A DNA stretch of 24,898 bases from a virus (IMGVR_UViG_3300020044_002317:1-24898); one strand, 5' to 3'; numbered from the stretch's first letter, positions 16,565-24,898 are shown. A program made the numbers and translations. The notes: a model not told the origin generated them from the letters alone.

Positions 16565-17874
16565 AGCTGTGGAGTATTTTGAGCCTGTGAGTTAGTAACG
16601 TCTCCACCTTCAACAGGAGGTAAGCCTGCTAACTGACGAACTTCGTTAATGGTCATCATTTCAAGAACCTTTGTGGCAACAGGTGGACTCATAGAGTTAA
16701 GTGCATCCATTGTAGCAGAACCTTCGTCTTCTACTACGGTTATAGTCTCATTGATAATCTGATAGTTTATAATGTCTATCTTTGTGTCAATATCTGCTAT
16801 CTTTAAGATGCCATTCATTATATCTGTAACCGACTCACGAAGCGGAGATACTACGTTCTTTTCAAAAATAACATAAGCTTGTTTAATGTCTGAGCCACTA
16901 CCTAAAGAGCCAGTAGTACGAACCCCCAAAAGGATAGGGTCAATAGTGTGAGCAAAGCATATCTGTTCTGTAATTAGTTCAGAAGTGCTTTTAAATAACT
17001 CATCGTTTGAATTGGTAGGTACGTTTACTAGTTCAGGTAGGCTTTCTTTATTGTTAGCGAAAAAGGCTACAGCCTTACCTGCATTCTCTGCTCCTTTCAA
17101 CTTGTTAACCGTGTCACGTATTAACTGCATCTCTTCTTTTCCCTGTGGTTTTTTCGGGAACATCATAGCGAAAGAAGGGAAGATAGAGTTTTGAATAGAT
17201 GCCTTCTGCAAGTATGACATTTCACCTGACAAGAAAGCAAAATTTAAAGCAGAAGTGTACTGAGGTATTGGGTAAATGTCTTGACCTACAGACTCTAATT
17301 CGTAGATGTAAAGGTATTCTCCATCTGTACAATTAGGATGGTAAGGAGTTAAAGACTTAATGCTACCTGAATACTGCCAGTCATCGTTAATAGAGTAGAT
17401 AGTTTTGTCTTTATTTGCTCGAACCTTTTCAGCACCTACTCTTTTTATCTTAGTAAGCACCCCATTCTTTAAGGTCAAAATAAAATAAACTCTTTCGTGT
17501 AGAATCAAGTCCTTAGTGATAGCGTTCAATGTCTTTTTAATACCAATCTTCTTAGTAAATGCAAACAGGTTTACCTTGTCTTTAGCTGTTAACTTGGTCT
17601 CATCGAATGAATACCCACCACCCACTACAGCATTGGTCTTATAGTTAACTATCGCACCGTGTAATGGAGAAGAATAGTATAATTGATTCCAAAGTTGAGG
17701 TGCTAGGTTGTCCTCACCAAAAGGAACGTAGCCTCTGTTTTGATAACGTGAATCGATGTAAGGTAGCGACAAGTTTCCGCTAGGTACTTTCAAGAATGGA
17801 GTAGAGAAAGACTGGTAGCCTTCTACTTCTATTTGTGGTGCATCCTCTTTTTTAAATTTTCCAAATAAACCCAT
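16561..17874 (-). CDS. Portal protein (437 aa)
   Basis: FGEDNL.P, SPLHGAIV..K...V.G.G, YPIPQY, KGAENAGK, ICFAH, MTINEVR..GLPP motifs. Confidence 0.88.
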   Translation of the reverse strand: MGLFGKFKKEDAPQIEVEGYQSFSTPFLKVPSGNLSLPYIDSRYQNRGYVPFGEDNLAPQLWNQLYYSSPLHGAIVNYKTNAVVGGGYSFDETKLTAKDKVNLFAFTKKIGIKKTLNAITKDLILHERVYFILTLKNGVLTKIKRVGAEKVRANKDKTIYSINDDWQYSGSIKSLTPYHPNCTDGEYLYIYELESVGQDIYPIPQYTSALNFAFLSGEMSYLQKASIQNSIFPSFAMMFPKKPQGKEEMQLIRDTVNKLKGAENAGKAVAFFANNKESLPELVNVPTNSNDELFKSTSELITEQICFAHTIDPILLGVRTTGSLGSGSDIKQAYVIFEKNVVSPLRESVTDIMNGILKIADIDTKIDIINYQIINETITVVEDEGSATMDALNSMSPPVATKVLEMMTINEVRQLAGLPPVEGGDVTNSQAQNTPQL

Positions 17875-18221
17875 TAGTCATATATTGTATTACCATCACC
17901 TTCTACTACCATCCTGCCTTCTTCTATTTTGTTTAGTCCTGTTTCGTCCGTGTTTTCGTCTACTATTATATCTATCGGACTTTCGTAGACCTCATACCTA
18001 TACTGACCTTGCTTAAAGTCTACTTCGGCAGGCTCACTTAAATAAAACAAATTATACCTTTCAGGATATAGAGAATAGTCAGTACCTACCCAATAAGCGG
18101 ATGGCAAATTTTCGTCATACTCCCAAACAAACTTAAACAAGAAGTAAGGGTTGCTTATAGTTGTGCTTTCAGTCAACGTAAGAGCAAACTCATTAGTGCT
18201 ATTCTTCGTGATGTATATCAT
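17874..18221 (-). CDS. Virion structural protein (115 aa), function uncertain
   Basis: TAATG-coupled to the portal, beta-rich, preceded by the putative late promoter. Confidence 0.65.
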   Translation of the reverse strand: MIYITKNSTNEFALTLTESTTISNPYFLFKFVWEYDENLPSAYWVGTDYSLYPERYNLFYLSEPAEVDFKQGQYRYEVYESPIDIIVDENTDETGLNKIEEGRMVVEGDGNTIYD

Positions 18222-18254
18222 TTAAACTAATTGTATTTAATAAAGGTATTTGTT
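18222..18254 (-). promoter_or_regulatory. Putative phage late promoter AACAAA-N13-TACAATTAGTTTAA(ATG)
   Basis: Same bipartite motif and spacing as 20785-20817. Sits just after a terminator. Confidence 0.65.
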
Positions 18255-18262
18255 TACTAAAC

Positions 18263-18292
18263 AAAAAAAGGGTAGCCGTTAAGCCACCCTTT
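18263..18292 (-). terminator. Rho-independent terminator after the major tail gene
   Basis: AAAGGGTGGC-TTAACG-GCTACCCTTT followed by T run. Confidence 0.85.
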
Positions 18293-18310
18293 CCAACTAG
18301 GTTAAGTTGA

Positions 18311-18832
18311 TTAAGATACTGGAACAATCAAAGTAGGGATCAAAGCTGAATCCACTTCGTAAGCCAAATGCTCAGACTCAGCAACGAAAGTAACGGAATA
18401 TTTAGAACCATCTGCTTTAGCAGTACCTGAACCTTCAGCAACAGCCGAAAGTTGAGCGTTCTCAAAGTACCAAAACTTGCCGTTAGCATCTCCGACAACT
18501 AGAGCCAAGTCTCTTTGACCTTCGCCAAGAATCTTAATAGCCTTAGACTTAGATGCCTCACGTCTGTGGAACATTAGAGTGATAGTTTGTGTGTAGAACT
18601 GCGACCCGTTAATGAAGTCGTTAGCTAGTTCTTCTGTAAAGTTTCCTGTATTTCTACGGAACTCAAATTCTACAAACTCATCTACCAACGTACCGAAAGA
18701 AGTTACCTCCCAGTTGTTAGTATCTACGGTAAGAGTACCCAAGTTCTCCATATCATTGATATAGATAGAAGTGATACCTCCCATATTATTGTCGCAGCCT
18801 TTGAGTATAGTAGTCAAAGTAGTACAAGCCAT
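18311..18832 (-). CDS. Major tail (tube) protein (173 aa)
   Basis: MAC...C..N.GGI..IY N-terminus, NG..FY.QT..L.F, D.NG..W and SGT...D...Y..TF motifs, downstream of the capsid gene. Confidence 0.75.
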   Translation of the reverse strand: MACTTLTTILKGCDNNMGGITSIYINDMENLGTLTVDTNNWEVTSFGTLVDEFVEFEFRRNTGNFTEELANDFINGSQFYTQTITLMFHRREASKSKAIKILGEGQRDLALVVGDANGKFWYFENAQLSAVAEGSGTAKADGSKYSVTFVAESEHLAYEVDSALIPTLIVPVS

Positions 18833-18852
18833 TTTTTCTGTGTTTAATTGTT

Positions 18853-18887
18853 AAAAAAAAGGGAGGGAAGTATAAACAACCCTCCCC
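18853..18887 (-). terminator. Rho-independent terminator after the major capsid gene
   Basis: GGGAGGG...CCCTCCC stem followed by T8. Confidence 0.75.
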
Positions 18888-18907
18888 GTATTTAGTTGTT
18901 ATTCAGA

Positions 18908-19834
18908 TTAGGATGCTACGCAATCTCCCCAGAATACTATCTGAGTAGGGTTAGTGATGTAGAAACCAACTTTGTAGTCTGCTCTCGCTCCGATAGTACG
19001 GTCTAGAGTAGTCTTAGAGAAGTCAACAATCTGCAAAGAATCGATATCCCCTTCAGCATCTAGTGCGTAGATGAAGTTGTTAGGGTCTGACAACAAGATA
19101 GTGTCATTAGGTAGACCATATTCAACATCCATAGGGATATCCAAGAACGTCAAGTTCAATGCTGCTGTAGTGTAGTTTATAGTGTTCGCAGAAGCTGTAG
19201 CAATACGGTAAGCAGTAGCTACATTCTGAGATACTTTGAAACGTACAGCAGTAGTAGATACTTCAGAAGGCAACAAAGAAAGAACATCTCCAAGATCGTC
19301 AACAACCGTAGAAGCTGTAACTGAACCACCTGCTGCACGGATAACTCCGTTCAATCCACAAAGACGCTTTAACCATCCGTCACACTTGTCAAGAAGAGTA
19401 TCTTCTGAATCTGTGTCACCTTGCCACATTAACTTCGCTAGTTCTTCGTGTGCTTTGTTAGCCATCTGCTCATAGAAGTAAGCCATAAAAGAAGCTACTG
19501 TGAAATCAGAGTTAGACCCTTTAGCCATTTGGTCAGCTAACCAAGTCTGCTCTAGTTGGTACTGACAAACAGAAGTCTGAACAGACAACGGACATACGTC
19601 AATTTCGATTGCAGAAACCGTAGAATCTGTAGGATTGAAAGCGCAGTCAGCAGTCTGAGTAAGCTGTGCGAACAATACGTTAGCAATCTTTGTTTTGTTT
19701 TTTACACCTGCAAGAACTCGGTAAGAACCTGCTGCGTTTTCCATACCGTAAAGTCTTGCGTAGAACTCTATCGGGTTTGCCTGAAGTAGAGCAGAGCTGT
19801 CTACGTTAAGGTCAAATTTGTACTTTTTAGCCAT
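18908..19834 (-). CDS. Major capsid protein (308 aa)
   Basis: Follows the protease/scaffold gene and precedes a terminator. C.F.P, WQGD and DGWLK motifs, strongly biased codon usage. Confidence 0.85.
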   Translation of the reverse strand: MAKKYKFDLNVDSSALLQANPIEFYARLYGMENAAGSYRVLAGVKNKTKIANVLFAQLTQTADCAFNPTDSTVSAIEIDVCPLSVQTSVCQYQLEQTWLADQMAKGSNSDFTVASFMAYFYEQMANKAHEELAKLMWQGDTDSEDTLLDKCDGWLKRLCGLNGVIRAAGGSVTASTVVDDLGDVLSLLPSEVSTTAVRFKVSQNVATAYRIATASANTINYTTAALNLTFLDIPMDVEYGLPNDTILLSDPNNFIYALDAEGDIDSLQIVDFSKTTLDRTIGARADYKVGFYITNPTQIVFWGDCVAS

Positions 19835-20784
19835 TACTTTAAAAAATTAATTACGTTGTTAAACTTTTGTTGAGAAGACATTTTCATTTCTACTTCTTCA
19901 GCAGGCTCAACCTCTGCTGTTTCAGCTAGTTCATTCTTTAGGTCAGCTATAACTTGCAAAACCTCAGCAATCTTTTCGTCAATCATAGGAGTAACAATAG
20001 CCATTACAGCCTCTGCGTCAGCAGCAGGGTCAACAGCCATCTCTGTAGCAGGAGTCTCTTCAGCCATTGCGACCTCTTCTTCTACTATTTCTTCTTCTAC
20101 AACTTCAGCTTCTACTGGAGTTTCTTCAGCCATAGCTACCTCTTCAGCTTCTTTCACTTCGATAACTTCTCCGCCTTTTACAACGTAGATTTTACCTTCG
20201 ATCAGATGCTCTCCGTCAGGTAGTTGCATATATTTGTGTTTATGGTTGCTTAGTTTCAGACCTAAAAAACCTTCAATAGAAAACCCTATAGCGTTATTTT
20301 CTACTAAAGAATTATAGTATTCTGTATCAGTTACCTGTGCAGTAACCATTAATGTTCCTTTAGGTACGTCAATACCAAAGGTAGTCTTTGCCTTGTCTGT
20401 GTTTGGGTTGTCTACTAGCCACGCTTCAAGCAAGTAAGCAGGTACTATCTTCTCTCCTTCGTGTTCAAGGTTAAACAAGTCCCTGTTATTTAGGTCTTGC
20501 ATAAAGTCTTTGAAGATCGTGTCTATCTCTTGCTCTGTAAACTCTACGTAGTACTCGCCCATCTCATCGTCTCTGCGATAAATCTCCATAGGAATCATAG
20601 CAGGCGCAGTAATACGATACTTTTTATCGTCTGCAAAAGCTAGTTTTTTCTGAGATGAGAACGCAACACCCTTAACAAGTACAGCAGGGTTGGCAGTAAA
20701 GGCAATAGCGTCTATCCCGAGTGGCTCTGTGCCATCGTTATAGTCTTCGTCTATTGTTATTTTGTACGTTGGAAGTTCTTCCAT
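19834..20784 (-). CDS. Prohead protease (XkdF/Peptidase_S78_2-like) fused to an acidic scaffold domain
   Basis: AIA...PA, PAMIP..IYR, N.EH, E.W, PKGT and GFSIEG motifs, then LPDGEH and a Glu-rich region with EEVAMAEETP twice. Confidence 0.85.
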   Translation of the reverse strand: MEELPTYKITIDEDYNDGTEPLGIDAIAFTANPAVLVKGVAFSSQKKLAFADDKKYRITAPAMIPMEIYRRDDEMGEYYVEFTEQEIDTIFKDFMQDLNNRDLFNLEHEGEKIVPAYLLEAWLVDNPNTDKAKTTFGIDVPKGTLMVTAQVTDTEYYNSLVENNAIGFSIEGFLGLKLSNHKHKYMQLPDGEHLIEGKIYVVKGGEVIEVKEAEEVAMAEETPVEAEVVEEEIVEEEVAMAEETPATEMAVDPAADAEAVMAIVTPMIDEKIAEVLQVIADLKNELAETAEVEPAEEVEMKMSSQQKFNNVINFLK

Positions 20785-20817
20785 TTAAACTAATTGTAAT
20801 TCATTTAATATTTTGTT
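20785..20817 (-). promoter_or_regulatory. Putative phage late promoter AACAAA-N13-TACAATTAGTTTAA(ATG)
   Basis: Heads the capsid operon. 17 bp including the ATG are identical to 18219-18235. Confidence 0.65.
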
Positions 20818-20838
20818 AGTTTTTTAACAAAGTTTTTT

Positions 20839-20846
20839 TATCTTTG
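20839..20846 (+). promoter_or_regulatory. -7 box TATCTTTG for the divergent plus-strand gene pair
   Basis: Exact TAnnTTTG 17 nt upstream of ATG 20864. Confidence 0.65.
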
Positions 20847-20863
20847 AGTAAAAATTGATAGCT

Positions 20864-21421
20864 ATGGTAGATATTGCAGGTTATAATATACCGAATGAAC
20901 CGCACGAATTGACGATAGAGCAGTTCGACAAGATTAACTTTATAACATCTAATCAAGAACTAGATGAGATAGAAAAGTGGATAGAGAAATTTAAGTACTT
21001 AGGAGTAGAAGAAAGTACATTTGACGATATGCAAATGGAGGAGTTTTACCAACTTATCGCAGACTGGAATGATCAACCTACACACCCTAAAGAAAAGGTG
21101 CTTAATATAGAGATAGACGGCTATACTTACGAAGCTAAAGAGTCTATAGGTGTCAGGGACTTAGGAATGATAGAGAAAGTTTGGAAACAGAATAACGGAA
21201 ACTTTGCTTCTGAGACTCTTGCAATTATTTACAAACGTGCCGACCTTAGTAAAACAGAACACTATGCACCTGCACATATTAAACACAAAACAGCTTTATT
21301 CAAGAAACAACCTTCTAGTCTAGTTATACCTTACATCATTGACGTACTAGAGAAGCTAACCAAAACAACCCAACAAATAAAGAATGCAGTTACCGAAGAA
21401 TTGGAACAGCCTAACGACTAG
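20864..21421 (+). CDS. Acidic protein, possible tail assembly chaperone
   Basis: ATG 20864 preferred over TTG 20855. IP....ELT..QF and LAIIYKR motifs are shared with the next gene. Confidence 0.6.
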   Translation: MVDIAGYNIPNEPHELTIEQFDKINFITSNQELDEIEKWIEKFKYLGVEESTFDDMQMEEFYQLIADWNDQPTHPKEKVLNIEIDGYTYEAKESIGVRDLGMIEKVWKQNNGNFASETLAIIYKRADLSKTEHYAPAHIKHKTALFKKQPSSLVIPYIIDVLEKLTKTTQQIKNAVTEELEQPND

Positions 21422-22112
21422 TCAATTCATTGAACTAAAGGCATTGAAAGAAGAGGACTTTGGTTCTCTTTTTTTGTATAACCTTGAGGTGCTTAGTATC
21501 GTGACAGATACCGACCCTGAAGAACTAGAAGACCTATCTCCTGAGGAGTTGGTAGACTACATCTATGAGTTGAACTTTTTGAGAAGAGAGCCTTCGAAGT
21601 CTGCAACCGAAAAGATAAATGATTTACACTTTAAGCCGTTTATGCTTTTGAAGTTAGGCGAGTTTATAGACTTGGAGTATTATTTCTCTAATGACTTTGT
21701 CACAAATTTAACCAATATTTGTGCATTGTGCTACAGGAAAAAGTCAGTTGACGAATGGGGTGCAGAGATGTTTGAGCCTTATAGATTTAATCCTTCTGAT
21801 CGTACCTACCTATTCGAACACGAAACCATAACAAATACATACGGAGTAATACCTGAGTATCTTAAATTTCGTGCTGAGTTAATGCAGAGTTATGAAAATC
21901 TGTTTATGCCTGACGTAGAAGATACTGGTGAAGACCTAGACCCCGAAGACTTGAAAGAAGAACAAGAAGAGCAGAAGTTTAAAAAGTGGGGGTGGGAAAA
22001 GGTTATCTATGACCTAGCAGGCGAAGACATAACAAAGGCAGACCAAATTACTGACCTGCCTTTAATTATGGTTTTGAATTTTATGTCTATGAAATATGAG
22101 CTACAGGTTTAA
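21384..22112 (+). CDS. Acidic protein, possible tail assembly chaperone (242 aa)
   Basis: LP..W..LT..QF, LGEFIDLE.Y, ALCYRK and WGW...IY.LA.EDI motifs. Function is inferred. Confidence 0.6.
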   Translation: MQLPKNWNSLTTSQFIELKALKEEDFGSLFLYNLEVLSIVTDTDPEELEDLSPEELVDYIYELNFLRREPSKSATEKINDLHFKPFMLLKLGEFIDLEYYFSNDFVTNLTNICALCYRKKSVDEWGAEMFEPYRFNPSDRTYLFEHETITNTYGVIPEYLKFRAELMQSYENLFMPDVEDTGEDLDPEDLKEEQEEQKFKKWGWEKVIYDLAGEDITKADQITDLPLIMVLNFMSMKYELQV

Positions 22113-22543
22113 AAGTCAAAGAAGCCGTTCCATTTGCCTGACTCATCTCCGTAAAGGTTGTACTTAATATTTACTTTGAGTTTATCTACTGCTATTCTAC
22201 CTACGTCAAGGATAGGATAGTTAGCAAGCATCCATTCAACGTAAGCATCTACGCATTCTTTCTGAAACTGCTGACCAAGTGGAGAAGCTAGTGCATCTTG
22301 AGTAATATCGTAAGGGTCAATTATACCACCATTCCAAAGGTCTGCACCCTTGTCTAAAAACATATAATAGTAAACAGCGTTTATAGTGACGTATAACTGA
22401 TTTAGGTCTCCTGTAGTGGACGATACACGAACGGAGTCTTTTAGTGCATAGGTGTCTACTAGACCCTTCGCTTGAATCTGCTGTTGAATCGCACGTTGAA
22501 GTTTTGCCCTTGTCTTATATCCTACTTTAAATTGCTTTGCCAT
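22109..22543 (-). CDS. Putative neck/tail-completion protein (HK97 gp10-like)
   Basis: Basic N-terminus, LVDT..LKDSV and YY.FLD.G motifs, 144 aa. Confidence 0.55.
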   Translation of the reverse strand: MAKQFKVGYKTRAKLQRAIQQQIQAKGLVDTYALKDSVRVSSTTGDLNQLYVTINAVYYYMFLDKGADLWNGGIIDPYDITQDALASPLGQQFQKECVDAYVEWMLANYPILDVGRIAVDKLKVNIKYNLYGDESGKWNGFFDF

Positions 22544-22552
22544 ATGTTAAAA

Positions 22553-22858
22553 TTACAAAATAATACTAGCTGAATAACCCATCTCTATGAATCTATCTTT
22601 CGTGTAGTTTAAAGCTACTAGCAAAGACTGCTCCTCAGTAGTTAAGATAGTAAAGCTAAACTCCATTGAATGAATCGAAGTATGTACGCAGTCATTAGTT
22701 AAGAAGTGAGCGTGGTCTAAATACGTCTTGTAGTTAACTGAGATAGTCAAGCCGTCAGGGTGTGCGACAAATTCGATTCGTGTATAAACGGAAGTTAGTT
22801 CGATATCCGTTCCGTGAATCTTTATTAGTTCCGTGTTTGGTGTTAGTTGTAATCCCAT
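22553..22858 (-). CDS. 101-aa fibre-associated protein, copy 3 (hybrid)
   Basis: First ~41 aa nearly identical to copies 1 and 2, remainder clearly diverged. Confidence 0.75.
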   Translation of the reverse strand: MGLQLTPNTELIKIHGTDIELTSVYTRIEFVAHPDGLTISVNYKTYLDHAHFLTNDCVHTSIHSMEFSFTILTTEEQSLLVALNYTKDRFIEMGYSASIIL

Positions 22859-24192
22859 TAGTTCAGTTTTTTATATTTAAGCATTGCGCCCTTTTGAGTT
22901 CTCACGGTGAATCCATTTGTTCCTGCTCTGTGCTGTATGTTAAATGTCGCATTTGCGGATGTATTAAACACAGCGTACACCTTTAATATATGCGGATTGT
23001 TAATGTCATTTGCCTGACCACTTGAAGCCAATAAAGATGACGTAGCAACATTATTCATTACTGTCAGAGGCCAAGTAGTGGCATTACTTTGAACACGCAT
23101 TGTATGTATTCTGCCTAACATAGTTCCAGTAGATACATTTAAAGCAATATTTATATCTGTACCACTATTTGCACAACCATAATATAAATCAATTTCAACT
23201 GAATACATCCCAGCAGCAACCGTTGAAAATGTAAAACCAGTAATGTTAGTCAATCCCGTTGTTGAAATATCCTGATTTGCACTTTTGATTATTGTAGTCC
23301 ATCCTTCAGGATCGGCTGCCGTAGGTGTTGCCCAAGTGTTATCCCCTCGCAGAAATGTAGTAGAAGAAGGTGTACCCGTTGCGCTTAGTTCAGTAGTTCC
23401 AATTGTCGCAGCATCGATATTCCAAACCGTACCCGAACTTGAAACGGTGATATCACCTTTGTCACCATCAGTTAAGCCGATAACATCACCCACATATAAG
23501 AAATCCCCGTCCGTGCATGATGTATCAAACTGCGCTTTCGTTCCCGTGATTCCGACAATGGAAGTCTGGTCACCCGTGTTCGTTCCTGAAGTATTCGACA
23601 ACTTAACAAGGTCCGCATCGGTTACATATCTTTTGTTTGTACTATCGGCAATGTCCGCTGTACTTGCATCGGCTCCAGCCGTCACCAATCCGTCAGAGTC
23701 ATAGGTTATTTTGGTCTTTGTTGCACCCGTTATTGGGGTGTTTGGATCAAGTTTCCCGTTCCATGTTGCCTTTTCCGTGTCAGTTACTAACCTATAAGAT
23801 GCGGATTGCGTTACTTTGCTCCCGTCAACATCGTTTATTTTAGCGTTTGTTACTGCAAGGTTGTCAATAGTCCATACAGAACCTAAACCTGATACCGTGA
23901 TATCACCTTTGTCTCCATCGGAAACCCCTCCGCTACCGCCCGGAGGCGACTTAAAACCCGTATTTAAACGAAGGAATGAAAGTAAGGTTGCGAGTGTATA
24001 AGCAGTTGTTCCCGGCTCATCGTATATCGTACCAACGGAAGCAACCGGAATGACAAGTGACAAACCAAATAAATCGTTTATAGTGATTGCCGTTGCCGTT
24101 TCATGGTACCTGGTATAGTAAATCGAGAACTCATATTTTTCGCCCCCGATTTCACCGATCACATAGTTGTTTTTTAAATATAGTTTATCCAT
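22858..24192 (-). CDS. Tail fibre-like protein (444 aa), tip allele 3
   Basis: Highly similar to 3010..4344 up to KSANQD, then a strongly diverged tip ending KGAMLKYKKLN. Confidence 0.8.
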   Translation of the reverse strand: MDKLYLKNNYVIGEIGGEKYEFSIYYTRYHETATAITINDLFGLSLVIPVASVGTIYDEPGTTAYTLATLLSFLRLNTGFKSPPGGSGGVSDGDKGDITVSGLGSVWTIDNLAVTNAKINDVDGSKVTQSASYRLVTDTEKATWNGKLDPNTPITGATKTKITYDSDGLVTAGADASTADIADSTNKRYVTDADLVKLSNTSGTNTGDQTSIVGITGTKAQFDTSCTDGDFLYVGDVIGLTDGDKGDITVSSSGTVWNIDAATIGTTELSATGTPSSTTFLRGDNTWATPTAADPEGWTTIIKSANQDISTTGLTNITGFTFSTVAAGMYSVEIDLYYGCANSGTDINIALNVSTGTMLGRIHTMRVQSNATTWPLTVMNNVATSSLLASSGQANDINNPHILKVYAVFNTSANATFNIQHRAGTNGFTVRTQKGAMLKYKKLN

Positions 24193-24898
24193 TAGTAGTG
24201 CGTTCTTTGGTTTTTAAACTTGTCACCGACCTTGCATTTCAATCGTGCCTTTCTGCTGAAGTCGAAATACTCTAAATCTGGGCTTTCTTGTACGATAACC
24301 GGAAGGTCAAGGTAACGATACGAATGATTGTGTGCATTATAGTCCGATATGAATAGTTCATTTTCGGAAATCAAATATAGTTCCGTTAATGGTCGCAAAT
24401 TACATTCATCCAAAGGATCTGTGAGTATTTCGTAATCATTCAGGTTTTCCCGAATTACTCGCTTCATTTCCCTATTGTCATAAATGATGTTATCAATTTC
24501 CATGTTTGGTTGTCGGTTTCCTATGTACCCATAGAATCGGTGTGTACTTTCGACATTCGATCCCGTGAAATTGATTCCATCTATTTCCTGAACACCGTTG
24601 AAGATTGCCCGAACTCGTGCCGTTTTCAAAGCATTCTCAATCGAATAAGGTTTCACGTTGTATAATCCCCATACAAGTGTTCCGGTCACTCCTGCGATGT
24701 TATATTCGATTGAAAGATAATAACAACCTTGTCCGTATAAACCGAGTATAGTGGACCAATCAATCACCTGATAATAGGCATTTGGCTCCATTGGGAATTC
24801 CGTTCCCGAATATGTTTCGACTACGTTTTCATCATGATCCACAACCTGAAAAGTACATGTATCGGATGCGCTCGATAGTTTCATCCAGAACGCAGTTA
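24192..24898 (-). CDS. Structural (tail/baseplate-region) protein, probably 5'-partial
   Basis: The frame stays open upstream of ATG 24884 to the window edge. TAATG-coupled to the fibre gene. Confidence 0.7.
   Translation of the reverse strand, partial: TAFWMKLSSASDTCTFQVVDHDENVVETYSGTEFPMEPNAYYQVIDWSTILGLYGQGCYYLSIEYNIAGVTGTLVWGLYNVKPYSIENALKTARVRAIFNGVQEIDGINFTGSNVESTHRFYGYIGNRQPNMEIDNIIYDNREMKRVIRENLNDYEILTDPLDECNLRPLTELYLISENELFISDYNAHNHSYRYLDLPVIVQESPDLEYFDFSRKARLKCKVGDKFKNQRTHY

Noticed and set aside
21384-21421. Programmed -1 frameshift joining the two chaperone-like ORFs
   Set aside because: The second ORF is in the +1 frame, has its own ATG and paralogous N-terminus, and I see no XXXYYYZ slippery site in the overlap.
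1185-24275. Opposite-strand or overlapping ORFs (1185, 3474, 3488, 4779, 6750, 7365, 8858, 9402, 11046, 11877, 12349, 14920, 16985, 19236, 19556, 19954, 22762, 23285, 23637, 23816, 24087)
   Set aside because: These are shadows of well-supported genes or low-complexity intergenic frames, often with non-ATG starts and no expression signals.
1-24898. Stop-codon reassignment, tRNA genes, integrase or invertase
   Set aside because: The standard code gives dense, coupled ORFs that use TAA, TAG and TGA as stops. I recognised no tRNA structure or recombinase motif.

Overview
Tailed-phage DNA with a Bacteroidota (Flavobacteriia-like) signature: TAnnTTTG promoters, A-rich starts without Shine-Dalgarno motifs and many TAATG/ATGA stop-start overlaps. 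The window is not one simple colinear genome. (i) 1-4605 (minus strand) holds a tail-fibre/lysis/early-gene block. (ii) 4602-8236 is a slightly diverged inverted copy of 1-3623 with a different fibre tip, joined at a microhomology junction that truncates two genes, and it continues into small early genes up to a helicase truncated near 10150. (iii) ~10150-22750 (mostly minus strand) is a compositionally different siphovirus-like block: early genes, exonuclease, lysis genes, tape measure, portal, tail tube, capsid, protease/scaffold. (iv) 22553-24453 is a third, direct copy of the fibre module with a third tip. The inverted junctions may be amplification or assembly chimeras of related strains. 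The best biological leads are a ~60-nt candidate antisense sRNA complementary to the start regions of the first two early genes, a bipartite late-promoter motif abutting start codons, three interchangeable fibre tips and YkuD-like (His...SxGC) putative endolysins. All family calls come from motif recognition by eye, not database searches.
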